Source: Rotaria sp.
Lineage: Eukaryota
DNA: 37,175 bases
Reading direction: 5' to 3'
NCBI GenBank assembly: GCA_905250055.1
Contig: CAJNOF010000019.1
Location: 905,027 to 942,201, forward strand
Shown: piece by piece, positions 22,601 through 34,700 of the stretch
How the letters are laid out: each line of letters begins with the position of its first letter
Position numbering within the stretch: position 1 is the stretch's first letter
Made by a program: the position numbers and the translations under genes
Notes under the pieces: model-generated
The model's input: the letters and a program-made list of their open reading frames with translations, nothing else
What the model was told of the DNA's origin: nothing
The model's database searches: none

Positions 22601-24202
22601 CTGGAAATCGTTAAAAAGTAGTCATATAATGTTTTAGCTTAATATTTGGAGCATCTTCAAATTTTCGTTGTTCGAGTTTTCTGTACCGATACATGACATA
22701 GTATCCTTTGATAGATATTCTTTTAAAAAAGCTCGTGTTTGGTGAGAAAATTTCTACTTTGACTTTAACTACTTCACTAAAGTATTTTTAAAGGTGAAGT
22801 GCCACTCCTAGTCTAGATGGAGCTACTTCTTAATTCTCTAATACAACTTATAAATGAACAAATATTGAACAGACTTATTATGTAAAGATTTTTTTCACAC
22901 ATATGTTACGACCGTAAGTGTTAACACGATGAATATCTATCTAGTTTTCATAAACTTTCGTTAACGTAAATAAGAATTCTATTAATAGAAACCAGTCTAT
23001 TTTTTCATCATTCTATACTTTTTTTTTTGTCGAGTATCTTCTTTTCAAAATAAGTCGAGAAGACATGAAGTATCAATAAAGACAAGATTCAAGTATATTT
23101 AAAGTTCTTCATCAATCTACATATTTATAGAAAGTTCGTATTGGGTACGATCTTCTGAAGATTCAAAACATATTTTAATAAATATCATCAATTCAGTTGT
23201 AATAAGTATTTTCTTTCATTCCAATAACAGTATCAAGTATTTTGTTATTATTTCTAATCATCCATTCAAAGATCTGATGAATACAAACAGTGAGAAATTG
23301 CTAGAAATTTGTTTTGAATTCTGATAAGACATATATACACAATTTTTCCAGAGTGAATGGTGTTAAGATTTTCTTTTCATTGCACGATCTTTCTTTTTGA
23401 TAAGATATACGAATTGGCTGAAAAACAAACGAAAAGTTCCTAAAAGTAGGGGGTGTGAACCCTTCATACCGCACAATCGCCACACCCCTGCATAAATGGT
23501 TTGGTTTTTACAATAAAAACCTATTGAATACATATATAATAAAAGCCAGCATTATTTTTCCTACATTAGAAACAAAAACGAACACGAACGGAAAAAAAGT
23601 CAATTGTAAATACTAAAAGCCAATGGAAATTCTTTAGACAGAAAAAGCCACCAATCAATCTATTTTATAATAATGATTCATCTTCTATCAAATAATTTCT
23701 TCTTCTTAGAAAAACTAAACCAATAATTGAATATTTTTCAAATAATATTATTTTTCATTTCAAATAAATAAATAAATGATTTTATTTTAATCATTGTTAG
23801 TATCAATGATGTCGCTAATATTGTATCAAAAAAAATTAGCACAAAGACCTCTACACTTAATGAGTGTCAATAGAAATCATGATGGCCGTTGATCCTCTCA
23901 ACATTTCCAATGTAAAATATGGATAATGAAGTTGGATCAGCTGGAATTTCTTTTGTCAAAAGATCGTCAATTACGATTATTGTTTATTCTCTTTAGATTC
24001 TCTTGTCAAGTCTAATAAAACGTTGCCATTTTATTTTCTTGTTCATATTTTCCATTGAATAATATCAAAACTAAAAACAAGAACTTCAACATTTATTATT
24101 AATTTTATTTCTTTTTTTTGCATTTTAATTAATTCAAATTCAAAGTTGGTTTTAAAAAAAAGCAGGAACTACAAAATATATTCTTTTGTTTCTTCAAATA
24201 AA

Positions 24203-25924
24203 ATGGCAGCCGGTACACATATTGCTGCAACACAACAAGCAGCTGATGATCAAGCATCGTCACTTTATTTTTCTGGCATATGCCAAACAATATCCGTTAA
24301 ATGTCAACATAGGAATGAAAATGGTTTATTAACATGTTCAAGAAATCTTTATGTTTCTTGTAAGTTTCTTTTTTTTTTGTTGTTGTCTATTTAAATTTAT
24401 TTATTTTGAATATATCTTTTTCTTGCCTTTAATCTTAGGTCCACATTGTCATTTATTACTTTGTATTGATCATATACATGAACATGAAAATTTATTACGA
24501 TATGAAATTGAACAATTAATTAATGGTAAATAAAACATTCGACTTTATTGTTTTTTTATTCTTATTTCTTTTTGATACAAAATAGAAACGAATATAGTCA
24601 AAGCAAATATTCGTGCATTATTAACAACATCTCAACAGCAACCAACATCAACAACAGCACAAGTACTAGATGAAAAACAACGTACACTATGTGAATTACT
24701 TGAACGATGGGCTACAGTTGGAAAAATTTCTATGTCACAAGCAGCACTTATACAACATCAATGTGGTTATATTAGTCAAACAACACAACAACAAGCTGCA
24801 GCAGCATCAACAGCTGCAGCTGCTGCTGCTGCACTTGCTGCTGGTGCAACAAATCATCATCTTGCACATCATAATTTACCTGCACAACAAAATGGTAGTG
24901 GTACAACTAATCCAAATAAACTTCCATCACATCATCAACAACATCATACAAGTAGTGGACATGGTAATCATCATCAAACAAATTCACATCATCAAGATCG
25001 ATCATCACAGCAACTAGCAGTTAATGCAGTTAAAAAACGACGAAGTGGTAAAAATAAAATTGTGACTTTATTAATGAAAAATGCTGAAGGAGAATATGAA
25101 TGTGTAAGTAACAAAAACAAAAAAAAGAAAATTAATTCAATATACAAATTTAAAATTAGAGATTTATGTTAATTTCAAAAAATATTACTTATGAAAGATT
25201 CAGAGAACAAAAAAAAAAATTTCGATATTTAAATTCTATTAGATGTCGATTGAAAAAGTATTCACTACGAAACCTTTGTTGAGTAATTTAAACAAACGCA
25301 AATTTTATTCTCTTTATACTTTTAAAAGATAGAAAACTTTTACAATTGTATTGTCTTAAATTCAATATTGATAAAACATCAAAATAATTGTGACTTTTTC
25401 AATAAAAAACTATCTAAAAATTTATTTAGTTTATTTCATTTGTGAAAACATAAATAGAGTTTTGATGACAAGGAAACAAATGGATAATCATCATCATCAT
25501 CAATGGTTTTTTTTTCATTTCTTTGCAAAAAAAAAAGACAGTCTTGTCTTCTTAGAAATATTTTCTCATGTTTACTGTGATCTATTTATTTGACATTGAT
25601 ATCCGAAAAGAGAATAAATCAATTTTCTATCTTTATATAACAATATATTTTCTATGAAACTATTACAAAACATTGAAGTCAACTTAGGCTATATTATATA
25701 CAATGTGATGTGTTTGAAATAATTGTCCTATTCTATATGATTCCATCTGAACTTATTCAATAATAAATCAAGAAATGATCAAATTCTTAAATACAATCTA
25801 TTGTTTTCTTTAGCCAAATGTTCAATGTCGAAAATCACTCAAATGTCAAGGAATAACGGCGCATGTAAAAGCTTGTGCTGTCGATTGGCTTAAAGAAAAT
25901 GGGCAGTATCTTAATCTAAATTAA
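24203..25924 (+). CDS. Protein with Cys/His-rich N- and C-terminal segments (possible zinc-binding) and a poly-Q/A/H/S low-complexity core; family not recognised
   Basis: Exons at about 24203-24359, about 24440-24527, about 24585-25103 (donor 'TGT|gtaagt') and 25814-25924 (acceptor 'ttctttag|CC', stop TAA). N-terminus 'CQTISVKCQHRNENGLLTCSRNLYVSC/GPHCHLLLCIDHIHEHE'. Core '...QCGYISQTTQQQAAAASTAAAAAAALAAGATNHHLAHHNLPAQQ...HHQQHHTSSGHGNHHQTNSHHQDR'. C-terminus 'EYEC/PNVQCRKSLKCQGITAHVKACAVDWLKENG'. Confidence 0.55.
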
Positions 25925-26229
25925 TCATTATCTTAAACATACAACGAAAAAGAGAGAAAAAAAGAAGAGAGACAAACAAAATAATACTTTTGCTTTTCTT
26001 TTTTTTTTTTTTGTTTTTTTTTTACATAGTTCGCATATACTTCTCCACATGTAATTGATGATCACTGTAGTTTGTCTCTGTAAATAAGTTTTCTATATGT
26101 TTATGTGAGTATATCGTTCAACTTGTATACATGGACTCTATCTTTTGTCTAGTGTATTCCTATTATAAACTTAAACACTGATATATATATATATATTTCG
26201 AAAATAAGACAAGAAAAAAAAAAAACCTC

Positions 26230-26530
26230 GAAAATTATGATTTCATATTTGTCTCTCTTTTCTTCTTCTTTTTTTTTCGTTTATTTGTTTGTGTGCGTGT
26301 TTGTGTGCTCTGTTACCCTTGTTCTCTCTCAACTTACAGATATATGTATAAGGCCGAAATGAGAGAAAATGTCTTCTTCTTCTTCTTTTCTTTTTTTTTT
26401 GTGTGTTTCTGTTGTAACAAAGTTTTCTTTTCGTATTTCTTTCGAATGCAACAGACAAAAAAGCAAAAACAAAAAAAATTTTTTTTGGTTCATTTTTTCT
26501 AGATTTTTTCTTTTCGTTTTTTTTTTGTTA
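26230..26530 (+). promoter_or_regulatory. Pyrimidine-rich, (TTC)n/(GT)n/poly-T low-complexity tract immediately upstream of the UBAC1-like start; probable core promoter/5' UTR
   Basis: 'ctcttttcttcttctttttttttcgtttatttgtttgtgtgcgtgtttgtgtgctctgtt...cttcttcttcttcttttcttttttttttt' ends at the ATG at 26536. Confidence 0.35.
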
Positions 26531-26535
26531 ATAAA

Positions 26536-28330
26536 ATGACAGAAACAGCAAGTGCAATATTCGATGTTTGTAATGATCAATCAAAAAATGTTATGTTAAA
26601 AATTTGGTCAAAATCTGGTGCAATGTTTCAAGATATATTTTCAATTGAGAATACAACATTTGCATATGTTAAATGTTTAGCTATGAAATTTTTATTAAAA
26701 AGTAATAGTAATAATTTATCGACATATGATTATTCAATACGTACCATAAGAACGAATGAAATGGATAATTATAAATTAATATCGATTGAAACAAAAAAAA
26801 TTATCGATGAACAGAAAACTTTAAGTCAAGAAGATGTTAAAGATGGAGGTTAGATTATTCGTTAAGAAAATTAATTTATTCTGCATGAAAATTTTTTTCT
26901 AGATGAATATCTTCTAGCCAAAAAAGTATTTCAGCAACCATTGAGAGATGAACAAGTATAATGACGCAACTATATCCTTCAAAATCTATATATATATTTA
27001 ACTATATAGACACTCGAACCTCGCTCTATAGATCAAGATTTAATCGAATATCGAACACAAGATCTTCCACTACCTACGCATCCATTTTCTCAATCACCAC
27101 ATACAGTTGGAAGAACAGAAGTAATATTCCATTTTTTAACTGTACTCTTTTCCTCCCCCCTCCCATTCCGATGAAAAATATAAATTCCATATTATTTAGT
27201 TTCGTACTGATCTTGGTCGTGTATTATTTACACTGATTGAAATATCATATAAATTACTTTGGTATCATTCAGATGCTGAACATATCTTTAAGGAAGCTGA
27301 AGGTATATTGTTTTCTTAATTATAATTTGTTTGTTTATCTCACTAGTTGTATTTTTTAGAAATTCTTTCAAAATCATCGAGAACAGAATCAAATCATCAA
27401 GAAATGCATAAAAATCAAATAGAGAAACTCGTTCATATGGGCTTTACTGCACAGCATGCACAAGACGCACTGGAACGAACAAAGTGAGAAAAAAAATTGC
27501 AGAAATAAATTATTTTTATATAATTTCAACACTTTCTTTTAAAAAGATATGACTTAAATGCTGCTATGAAATTACTTTCAGGCCAAGAATATACTGATGA
27601 TCATGAAAAAGGAACGAGAAACTTGAATAAAAGAAAATATATCTATTCACGTTATGGTCCATTTATACCATTTCAAGAATTTCGAAAACAATGTTTTCAG
27701 CCAAATCCATTAGTAAAAAACAATGATGGTTGATTGAAAAAGAATTCTGTTTATCTTTTGTTTTTGTACTAGGCCATTCAAGTATTAACAGAAATGGGTT
27801 TCAATCATGATGATGCAATAGATGCTTTACGAATATGTTATAATAATGAAAATTTAGCTGTATGACAAAAAAATTCTTTCTTATTTATATTTATCTGTAA
27901 GTTTTTTTTTAGTGTGAATATCTTATTGTTGATAAAGAACAACAAAATATTATCAGTGCTACTTATGAACAAGGTCTTGATTCAAATTCAAGTATTTTTC
28001 AAGCTATTATGGAAAATTCAATTGTTCAACGAGCACTTAATAATCCAAGGATATTTTTAAGTAGATCTTTTATTTTTAATAATTCATATTATTTAAATGA
28101 AAGTTTTTCATTTAGTTTTGCTTCATTTATACGAAAATCCGAGTACAATAACAATTTATTTAAATGATCCAGACGTTGGATATATGTTGTTACAAATAAG
28201 TCGTATTTATAATGCTGAAAGGTATCCAGTCTATGTATTAAGTAGTAATTGATGAAATAATATTTATTATGAAAGAAGTTCATCTTGAACGACTACAAAT
28301 GTAAATGAACAGTAAGAAAGAATCATACTG
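26536..28330 (+). CDS. UBAC1: UBAC1/KPC2-like protein: N-terminal ubiquitin-like region, two UBA domains, C-terminal STI1-like repeat
   Basis: Exon 1 is 26536-26850. UBA1 exon 'NQIEKLVHMGFTAQHAQDALERTK' and 'YDLNAAMKLLSGQEY'; UBA2 exon 'AIQVLTEMGFNHDDAIDALRICYNNENLA' (about 27771-27857); STI1-like 'IMENSIVQRALNNPRIFL / ILLHLYENPSTITIYLNDPDVGYMLLQISRIYNAE'. One junction needs a weak donor, 'A|gtagat'. The last exon and stop are not resolved; the last verified exon ends at 28221. Confidence 0.65.
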
Positions 28331-28700
28331 ATCAAAAGAATGTATTTTTTTCATTATTTTTTGTTTTGTATTTTTTTATTTCGTTTATTTTCTTGTTTAT
28401 TATTATAAATAAAATATCTCAGCGTATAATAAAAAAAAGCCGCAGATTATATATCAAAAATTTCATTGATTTGTGCAATAACAGTATTTCTGACATGTGG
28501 TGAAAGAACAACAAAAACAAACATGCACTAGCCTTTGCTTTTCTTTCTCTTTTGGCAGATGTTATTGTGTAATGTGTGAGTCATTGGACGTTACGTCTCA
28601 AGTGTTTTTTTCTCTCTAGATCGTGGATAAAAGTAGCAAATAAAAGGCACGTTCATTCTGTACCATATTTCAGTCTTCATTTGATCAAGGATAATCGTCT

Positions 28701-31700
28701 ATGTCACCATTAAGTGATAAAACGTTTGTACTTGAGCTTGGTCGAGACATTCGTTTCAAGACTAAACAAAAACTTATCAATTATTTGCGCGAACAAAATG
28801 CTCATATTTCATATATTTTAACAGCTAGTGTATGTTTTGATTAATTTTTCATATTGAAATATAATTAAATTAAGTTTTTGCTAGACTGATTATGTTTTGG
28901 TTTCCAATGATATTGATACATATAAAACTCGTCGAGCTAAACAGCTCGGTATACCATTAGTAAATGTTGAATATATTTATGAATATCGCAAATTGTCTAA
29001 CGAAACTCAATCTATTGATATTAAAAGATTTATTGTCACATCAGCAGAAGATAAAGAAAATTTTTCAAAAAGTGGAACCATACCTGTGTCAGGTTAATAA
29101 ACTGATTTCATTGAAATATAAAAGATTACTCTGTTCTTTTTTTTCCTCATAGGTGGAGGAAATCCTTCAAGTAGTACAATAAAATCTGTTAAATTAGATT
29201 TATCAAAAATTAAAATTTGGAATTCTGATGATGTTGAATTACCACGATTTGATGAATTAACACATGCTGAAATTGGTAAATGGGCAATTTTTAAGGTAAA
29301 TATTTGTTTGGGAATACATTCATTGTTCATATATTTTCTTGTAACATAGGAAACAAATGAAAATTCTGATGTTTATTTTGCTATTGAACTTCAAATTATT
29401 CCCGAAGAATATTATAATCAAACAAACGATGATTATCGATTAAGATTTCGTTATGAAAAACAAACAATAACAAATTCAAAAGGTAAAATATCTCTAATAC
29501 AATATGCATTTAGTAATGATATTAATGAATTACATCAACTATACGCTTCATATTATAATCGTATTATAACAATGCCACGAATAACACGAATTCGTGATTT
29601 AGTACCTGATAAATTAGGTTCTAAATTATTATTACGTGTAAGATAAACATCAAAATCTTTTTTTGTTTCTCGAGAAAAAATATCAATTAATTTTTAGTCA
29701 TTATTTCTTCATCGAATTGATACACAAATGCTTGATGATAATGTTTGTCAATTAGTTGAATCTCTTTGGATTGAATCCATTGGTGATTTAAATAAAATAC
29801 TTGCTGTACAACCAGAAACAATTGCCCTTAAAACAGTAGGAAAAAACATATATCAAAAAGTTTTATTGATTTTTTGTTTTCGTATTACTATTATTATTAG
29901 ATTATTGAAGCAGAAGCTGCTTTACTTGAAATCAAATCTGATAGTAAAGCGTCATCAGAAGCAGAAACTCGTTTCTATTCACTTATTCCTCATCAAAAAC
30001 CATTTGTTGGCGATCTTATTAATAATCGTCGTGCATTAATTGATAAACTAGATTTATGCCAAGTAAAGATTTTATTTTAATCTTTATCTAATTTTTCTTT
30101 TTTCACAATATATAGATGTTACGCGATATGGTTACTGTAAATGAATTAACAAATTGGAATATAAAAGCATCAATCGAAGCAAAATATCGAGCATTAAAAT
30201 GTCATATAGAAACTGTCAAACATGATACACATGAATATGCAACAATAAATAGTATAATTTCTTCATCAACGAATGCGTTCGTATATTGCTTTGTTTGAAA
30301 TTATTAAAATAAAATCAAATTTTTTTGTATTTTTTTAAGGAATGAACAAGTAATCATTCATCAAATATATAGTGTAGCTAAACAAACAGATGCATTGAAT
30401 TTTCGTTCAACACTTTTTAATCAAAAACAACTTTTTCATGGATCAAAATATAATAATTTTCTTGGTATTTTATCACGGTAAACTAATAAAAAATATTATT
30501 TCTCTTAGTTGTTATTTAAGTTTTTTTTTTGGTTTTCTTTTTTAGTGGTCTTCTTATGCCAAAAGTAGTTGTTAATGATTTAGGAGTTACACGAACTGAT
30601 ATTGGATGTTTGGGATATGGACTTTATTTTTCTGATTCAGTTTCAACATCATTAAAATATACAACACCAAGTATAACACGTCCTGGACGACGATTATTAT
30701 GTATATCTCAAGTAGCATTAGGAGATTCAGCAAAATTCTATTCATATGCATCAAATTTAACTCAACCACCTGAAAATTTTCATAGTACACATGGAGTCAA
30801 AAAAAATGATGAAAATAATTCAAAGTTTCTTGTAAGAAAGAAGTAATTTTTTCAATCAGGTTTTCATCATGATGTTTATGTAGGATAATGAATATGCTAT
30901 TTATAATCTTGATCAACAACGATTACTCTATATTGTTGAACTTTCATGGAAACCATATGATAATATGGATCAGTCAACAAAATTATTACCTATTATTCGT
31001 GATTATTTAACAAATCAATCAAAATTATTGTCAGATAAAAGTAATCAGGTTTTTCCAACTAAATAACAAATAATTCAAAATAGATAGAAGCATTCATATT
31101 TCGTCTTAATTTCGTGTCAGTTTTCTTCAATAAAGTTTAATCGTAATACATTAATCGCTGGATGAACGTTTTATCGTCCTCGTATCGACAGCTTTCAAAT
31201 TTGTTTTTGGGAATTGTTGAGATTTTTCTATAAATTTCGTTCTTTATGTGACCATAGAACAAAACAAACTAGACTAAGGGCAGGTATCTAACTGAAGGTG
31301 AGAACAAGGACGACATATAAAGCTAGGGATCAGCTGAAAGTAAAAGTTAACTCTTCAGAACTATGGTTTTTATTTGGTATAATAAAAATGTATTATATAC
31401 TATCAATAGAATAAGTTGAGATAAATTCGGCGATTTAAATAAATTCCAGTAATCAAATAAACTTCTCTCTAACCAGTTAACATGCATTATGAGGTGAGAT
31501 TTAGAAATGATTTGATTTTAATAAAGATTACAAACGTTTGCTTAGGTATCCAAATAAATTTTAGTGATTGGTCTTCGAAGAAAAAGTTTTCGAAAAATTT
31601 TAACATACTGATCTGATAAAGATCTATTTGAACGACGTATAGAACATGTTTAAAACACTTCATCATGTACATAGCTTTTCTTTCTATCAGTCGGATGGAA

Positions 31701-34700
31701 GTCGCTTACATATTTTTCTCTAAAATTATGTAGTTAGGTCTGTATGAAGATGTAAACAAAAGTTTGGAACCTTCAATTGAATAGATTCGGTCGTGATTCT
31801 CGTGCAGTGACTCTTTGATAGATGGATCAAACTTAATTACAATGTTCAAAGAGTTAGTTCTAGCCAATATCGCTGTGATTCATTAACCATCTGTATATTT
31901 CCGATTGAGCAATCTTTAGCAATATAGGAGAGAGGAGATATTTTTATGCTTCAGAATCATGAAAAGAATTTCACTAATCTTATATAGACTTTATTTTCTT
32001 CACATTAAAAAACGAACTTAATAATCAAGCGTATATTTACAAGGAATTAAACTCTGAAATTTTAAAACAATAAGATATTACAGAAAAAAAAACGATTCAA
32101 ACAAGAACACGAGAAAAACTAAGTTTCAAATTTCGACTTGAAACTTTATACAGAGAGAGACAGCTTCTGATGAGAATAGCTTATTGTGAAAGTTTTCAAT
32201 TTTTCGATTGCACCTATTTCGAAACTAGGCCATCAAAATTTGTAGTTATATATGAGTGACGTGAAAAACATGCTTTCACCATAGTCATATCTTAGGATAG
32301 ACATACTCAGAAGATCTAAACATTTTTACAATAAACTATTCTCATTAGGGTTTATCTCTATGCAAAGTTTCAAGTCGTAATTCAAAACTCAGTTTTTCTG
32401 ATGTTTCTAAGGAGGAATCAGGAAGTTCTGCTAAAAAAACACAGAATCTTGGCAATAATAAGCTATTAGACTAAACTCTTTTCAACATATTCATAATTCA
32501 TCAGAACCTACATGATGTACATAGTTCCAATACTACAACGATTTGACCTTTAGACACGTTCCTTCGTTAGTATTTTAGTTGATAAAGCAATCCTCATCCA
32601 TGTATATATTTGTTTCAGTGGATATTCCTTCAACAATCGAAGATGAAGTAATTCAAGTAGCAGAACAAGACTATGGTTTAATTTGTCCATTGTCAGGTGA
32701 ACTTGTTCCACTTAAAGCTTTTCATATTCGTGCTCAACTTGTTGATATTACTGCTGAAGTAAATTACATCATTTTCTTTTCTGTAAAAAGAGCAAACATC
32801 CTTTATAAATTATTTTAGGTTGTTCTTTATCAAGTTTATCATAATTCAAGTTCAGTACCAATTGAAGCAAAATATGTATTTCCTCTTGATGAAAATTCTT
32901 CTGTTTGTGGGTTTGAAGCTCATATTAATAATAAAATAATTAAAGGTGTTGTTAAAGAAAAAGAACAAGCTAAACGTGAATATCGTGAAGCTATTGAAAA
33001 AGGTCATGGTGCATATTTAATGCATCAAGAACAGCCTGAAGTCTTTAGTGTATCTGTTGGTAATTTACCAGCTAATTGTGAAGTGATTATTAAAATTACA
33101 TATGTTGCTGAATTATCTATTGAAAATAATGATATTATATTTCGTTTACCAGCTAAAGTAGCTTCATGGCAATCAAAACAAGCTTTAGAAATGAAAGATC
33201 AAACAATACTTCCATCAATTAATCTTGAACAGGATAATTCTTCAATGAAATCAGTAGAATTTAGTCTTAAAGCATCAATACGTATGCCATATGAAATAAT
33301 AAAATTATTTTCACCAACACATCGACTTCGTCGCAAAATAACTGACTGTCTTGCTATGCTTGAATTTGTTGATAATATTTTACTTGAAAAAGATTTTATT
33401 CTTTCAATTACATTAAAAAGTGTTAATTTACCACGCATGCTAAATGAAACATATGTGTCATCAGATACAAATACTAATAATCAATCGATTGATGAAAATT
33501 CTCAAGCATGTATGTTAACATTTTATCCAAAATTTGAAATGATGATTAATTCAAATGAATATGTGGAAATTGTTTTTATTATTGATGTATCAAATTCTAT
33601 GGATGGAAAGCATGTACAACAAGCAAAACAATTAGCACACTTATTTTTGACGAACATGAAAACTGATGATAAAAATATTGTTTTTAATATTGTTACCTTC
33701 GGATCAGGTAAATCAAGAAAAAATAGTTTTATTTTTTACTTTTCATTAATTTATTTATTTTAGATAATGATGAATGTTTTCCTATTGCATCACAAAATAC
33801 AAAAGAAAATATTGATAAAGCTAAGCATTTTGTTTTGGTTTGTATTATTTTGTTTTGTTTTACATAGTATGTATTTAAATTTATATCTGTTATAGCATTC
33901 ACTTGATCATCGTGGTAATACTGATTTATTTTCTGTACTTCGTCAATATGCTCTTTTGCCATCATCATCTAAGCTTGGTCGTCAATTTATTCTTCTTTCT
34001 GATGGACATATCAATGATCTTCAATCTATTTTAACATTATTAGAAAATCAATCATCAATGCGTCATGATCGTTTATTTACATGTTCAATTGGTGATACAT
34101 CTAATAAACATAATTTAAGACAATTAGCTAATAGAATAAATGGTGGTGGTTTAATAACTGTATTTGATTCAAATTTTCGTTCAAGATGGAGAACAAAAGT
34201 ACTTCAAATACTTGAACATATTCAACAACCATGTGTAACAAATGTATCCATTGATTGGCATGGAACAATTGATGATCAACAAGAAAAATTTACTAGTCAA
34301 GCACCAAAAATAATTCGATCATTATTTAATGGTATGCGTTTAACTGTATATCGTTTTATACAAAATTGTCATAAAGCAACATTAACAGCAACAATAAATA
34401 ATCAAGAATATGTTACAACGGTATTTAGTAATAAAATAACTGAAACAAGAGGACGTGTTTTACATTGTTTAACAGCTCGTGCTATTATTCAAGATTATGA
34501 AAATGGTTTATTACATAATGATGAATGTGAAAATGAACTTATTAAAAAGCAATATAAACAAGATTTAATTGAACTTAGTATGAAATACTCTGTTGTAAGT
34601 TCATTTACAAGTTTTGTAGCTATTGAAGAACGCGATGGACAAGCACTTGAGCCAGGTGTTCGATTACTTGATGTTATGCTTGAAAATGATATTGATTTAC

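Noticed and set aside
23440-23485. 9 bp stem hairpin 'aggggtgtg...cacacccct' as a possible ncRNA or terminator
   Set aside because: It is short, isolated and without supporting motifs (no box C/D or H/ACA, no tRNA-like arms). Chance occurrence is likely.
24670-25017. 115 aa alternative-frame ORF (poly-Q/H/L) overlapping the 24203 gene core
   Set aside because: It is the +1 frame of the CAA/CAG/CAT-repeat region. The frame carrying the Cys/His modules and consistent splice phases is the real one.
26243-26580. Minus-strand ORFs (71 and 83 aa) rich in K/R/E
   Set aside because: They are read from the antisense of the pyrimidine-rich (TTC/T)n promoter tract upstream of the UBAC1-like gene. They are low-complexity with no support.
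30587-30790. Minus-strand 67 aa ORF, and similar antisense ORFs at 33199-33438 and 33729-33968
   Set aside because: They are antisense to well-supported PARP4-like coding exons (catalytic and VIT/vWA) and are a product of AT-rich codon composition.
32150-32330. Possible box C/D snoRNA in the long PARP4 intron ('cttctgatgaga' ... 'ctcagaag')
   Set aside because: A C-box-like UGAUGA is present, but I found no proper D box (CUGA) at the other end and no convincing terminal stem. Evidence is too weak to call.
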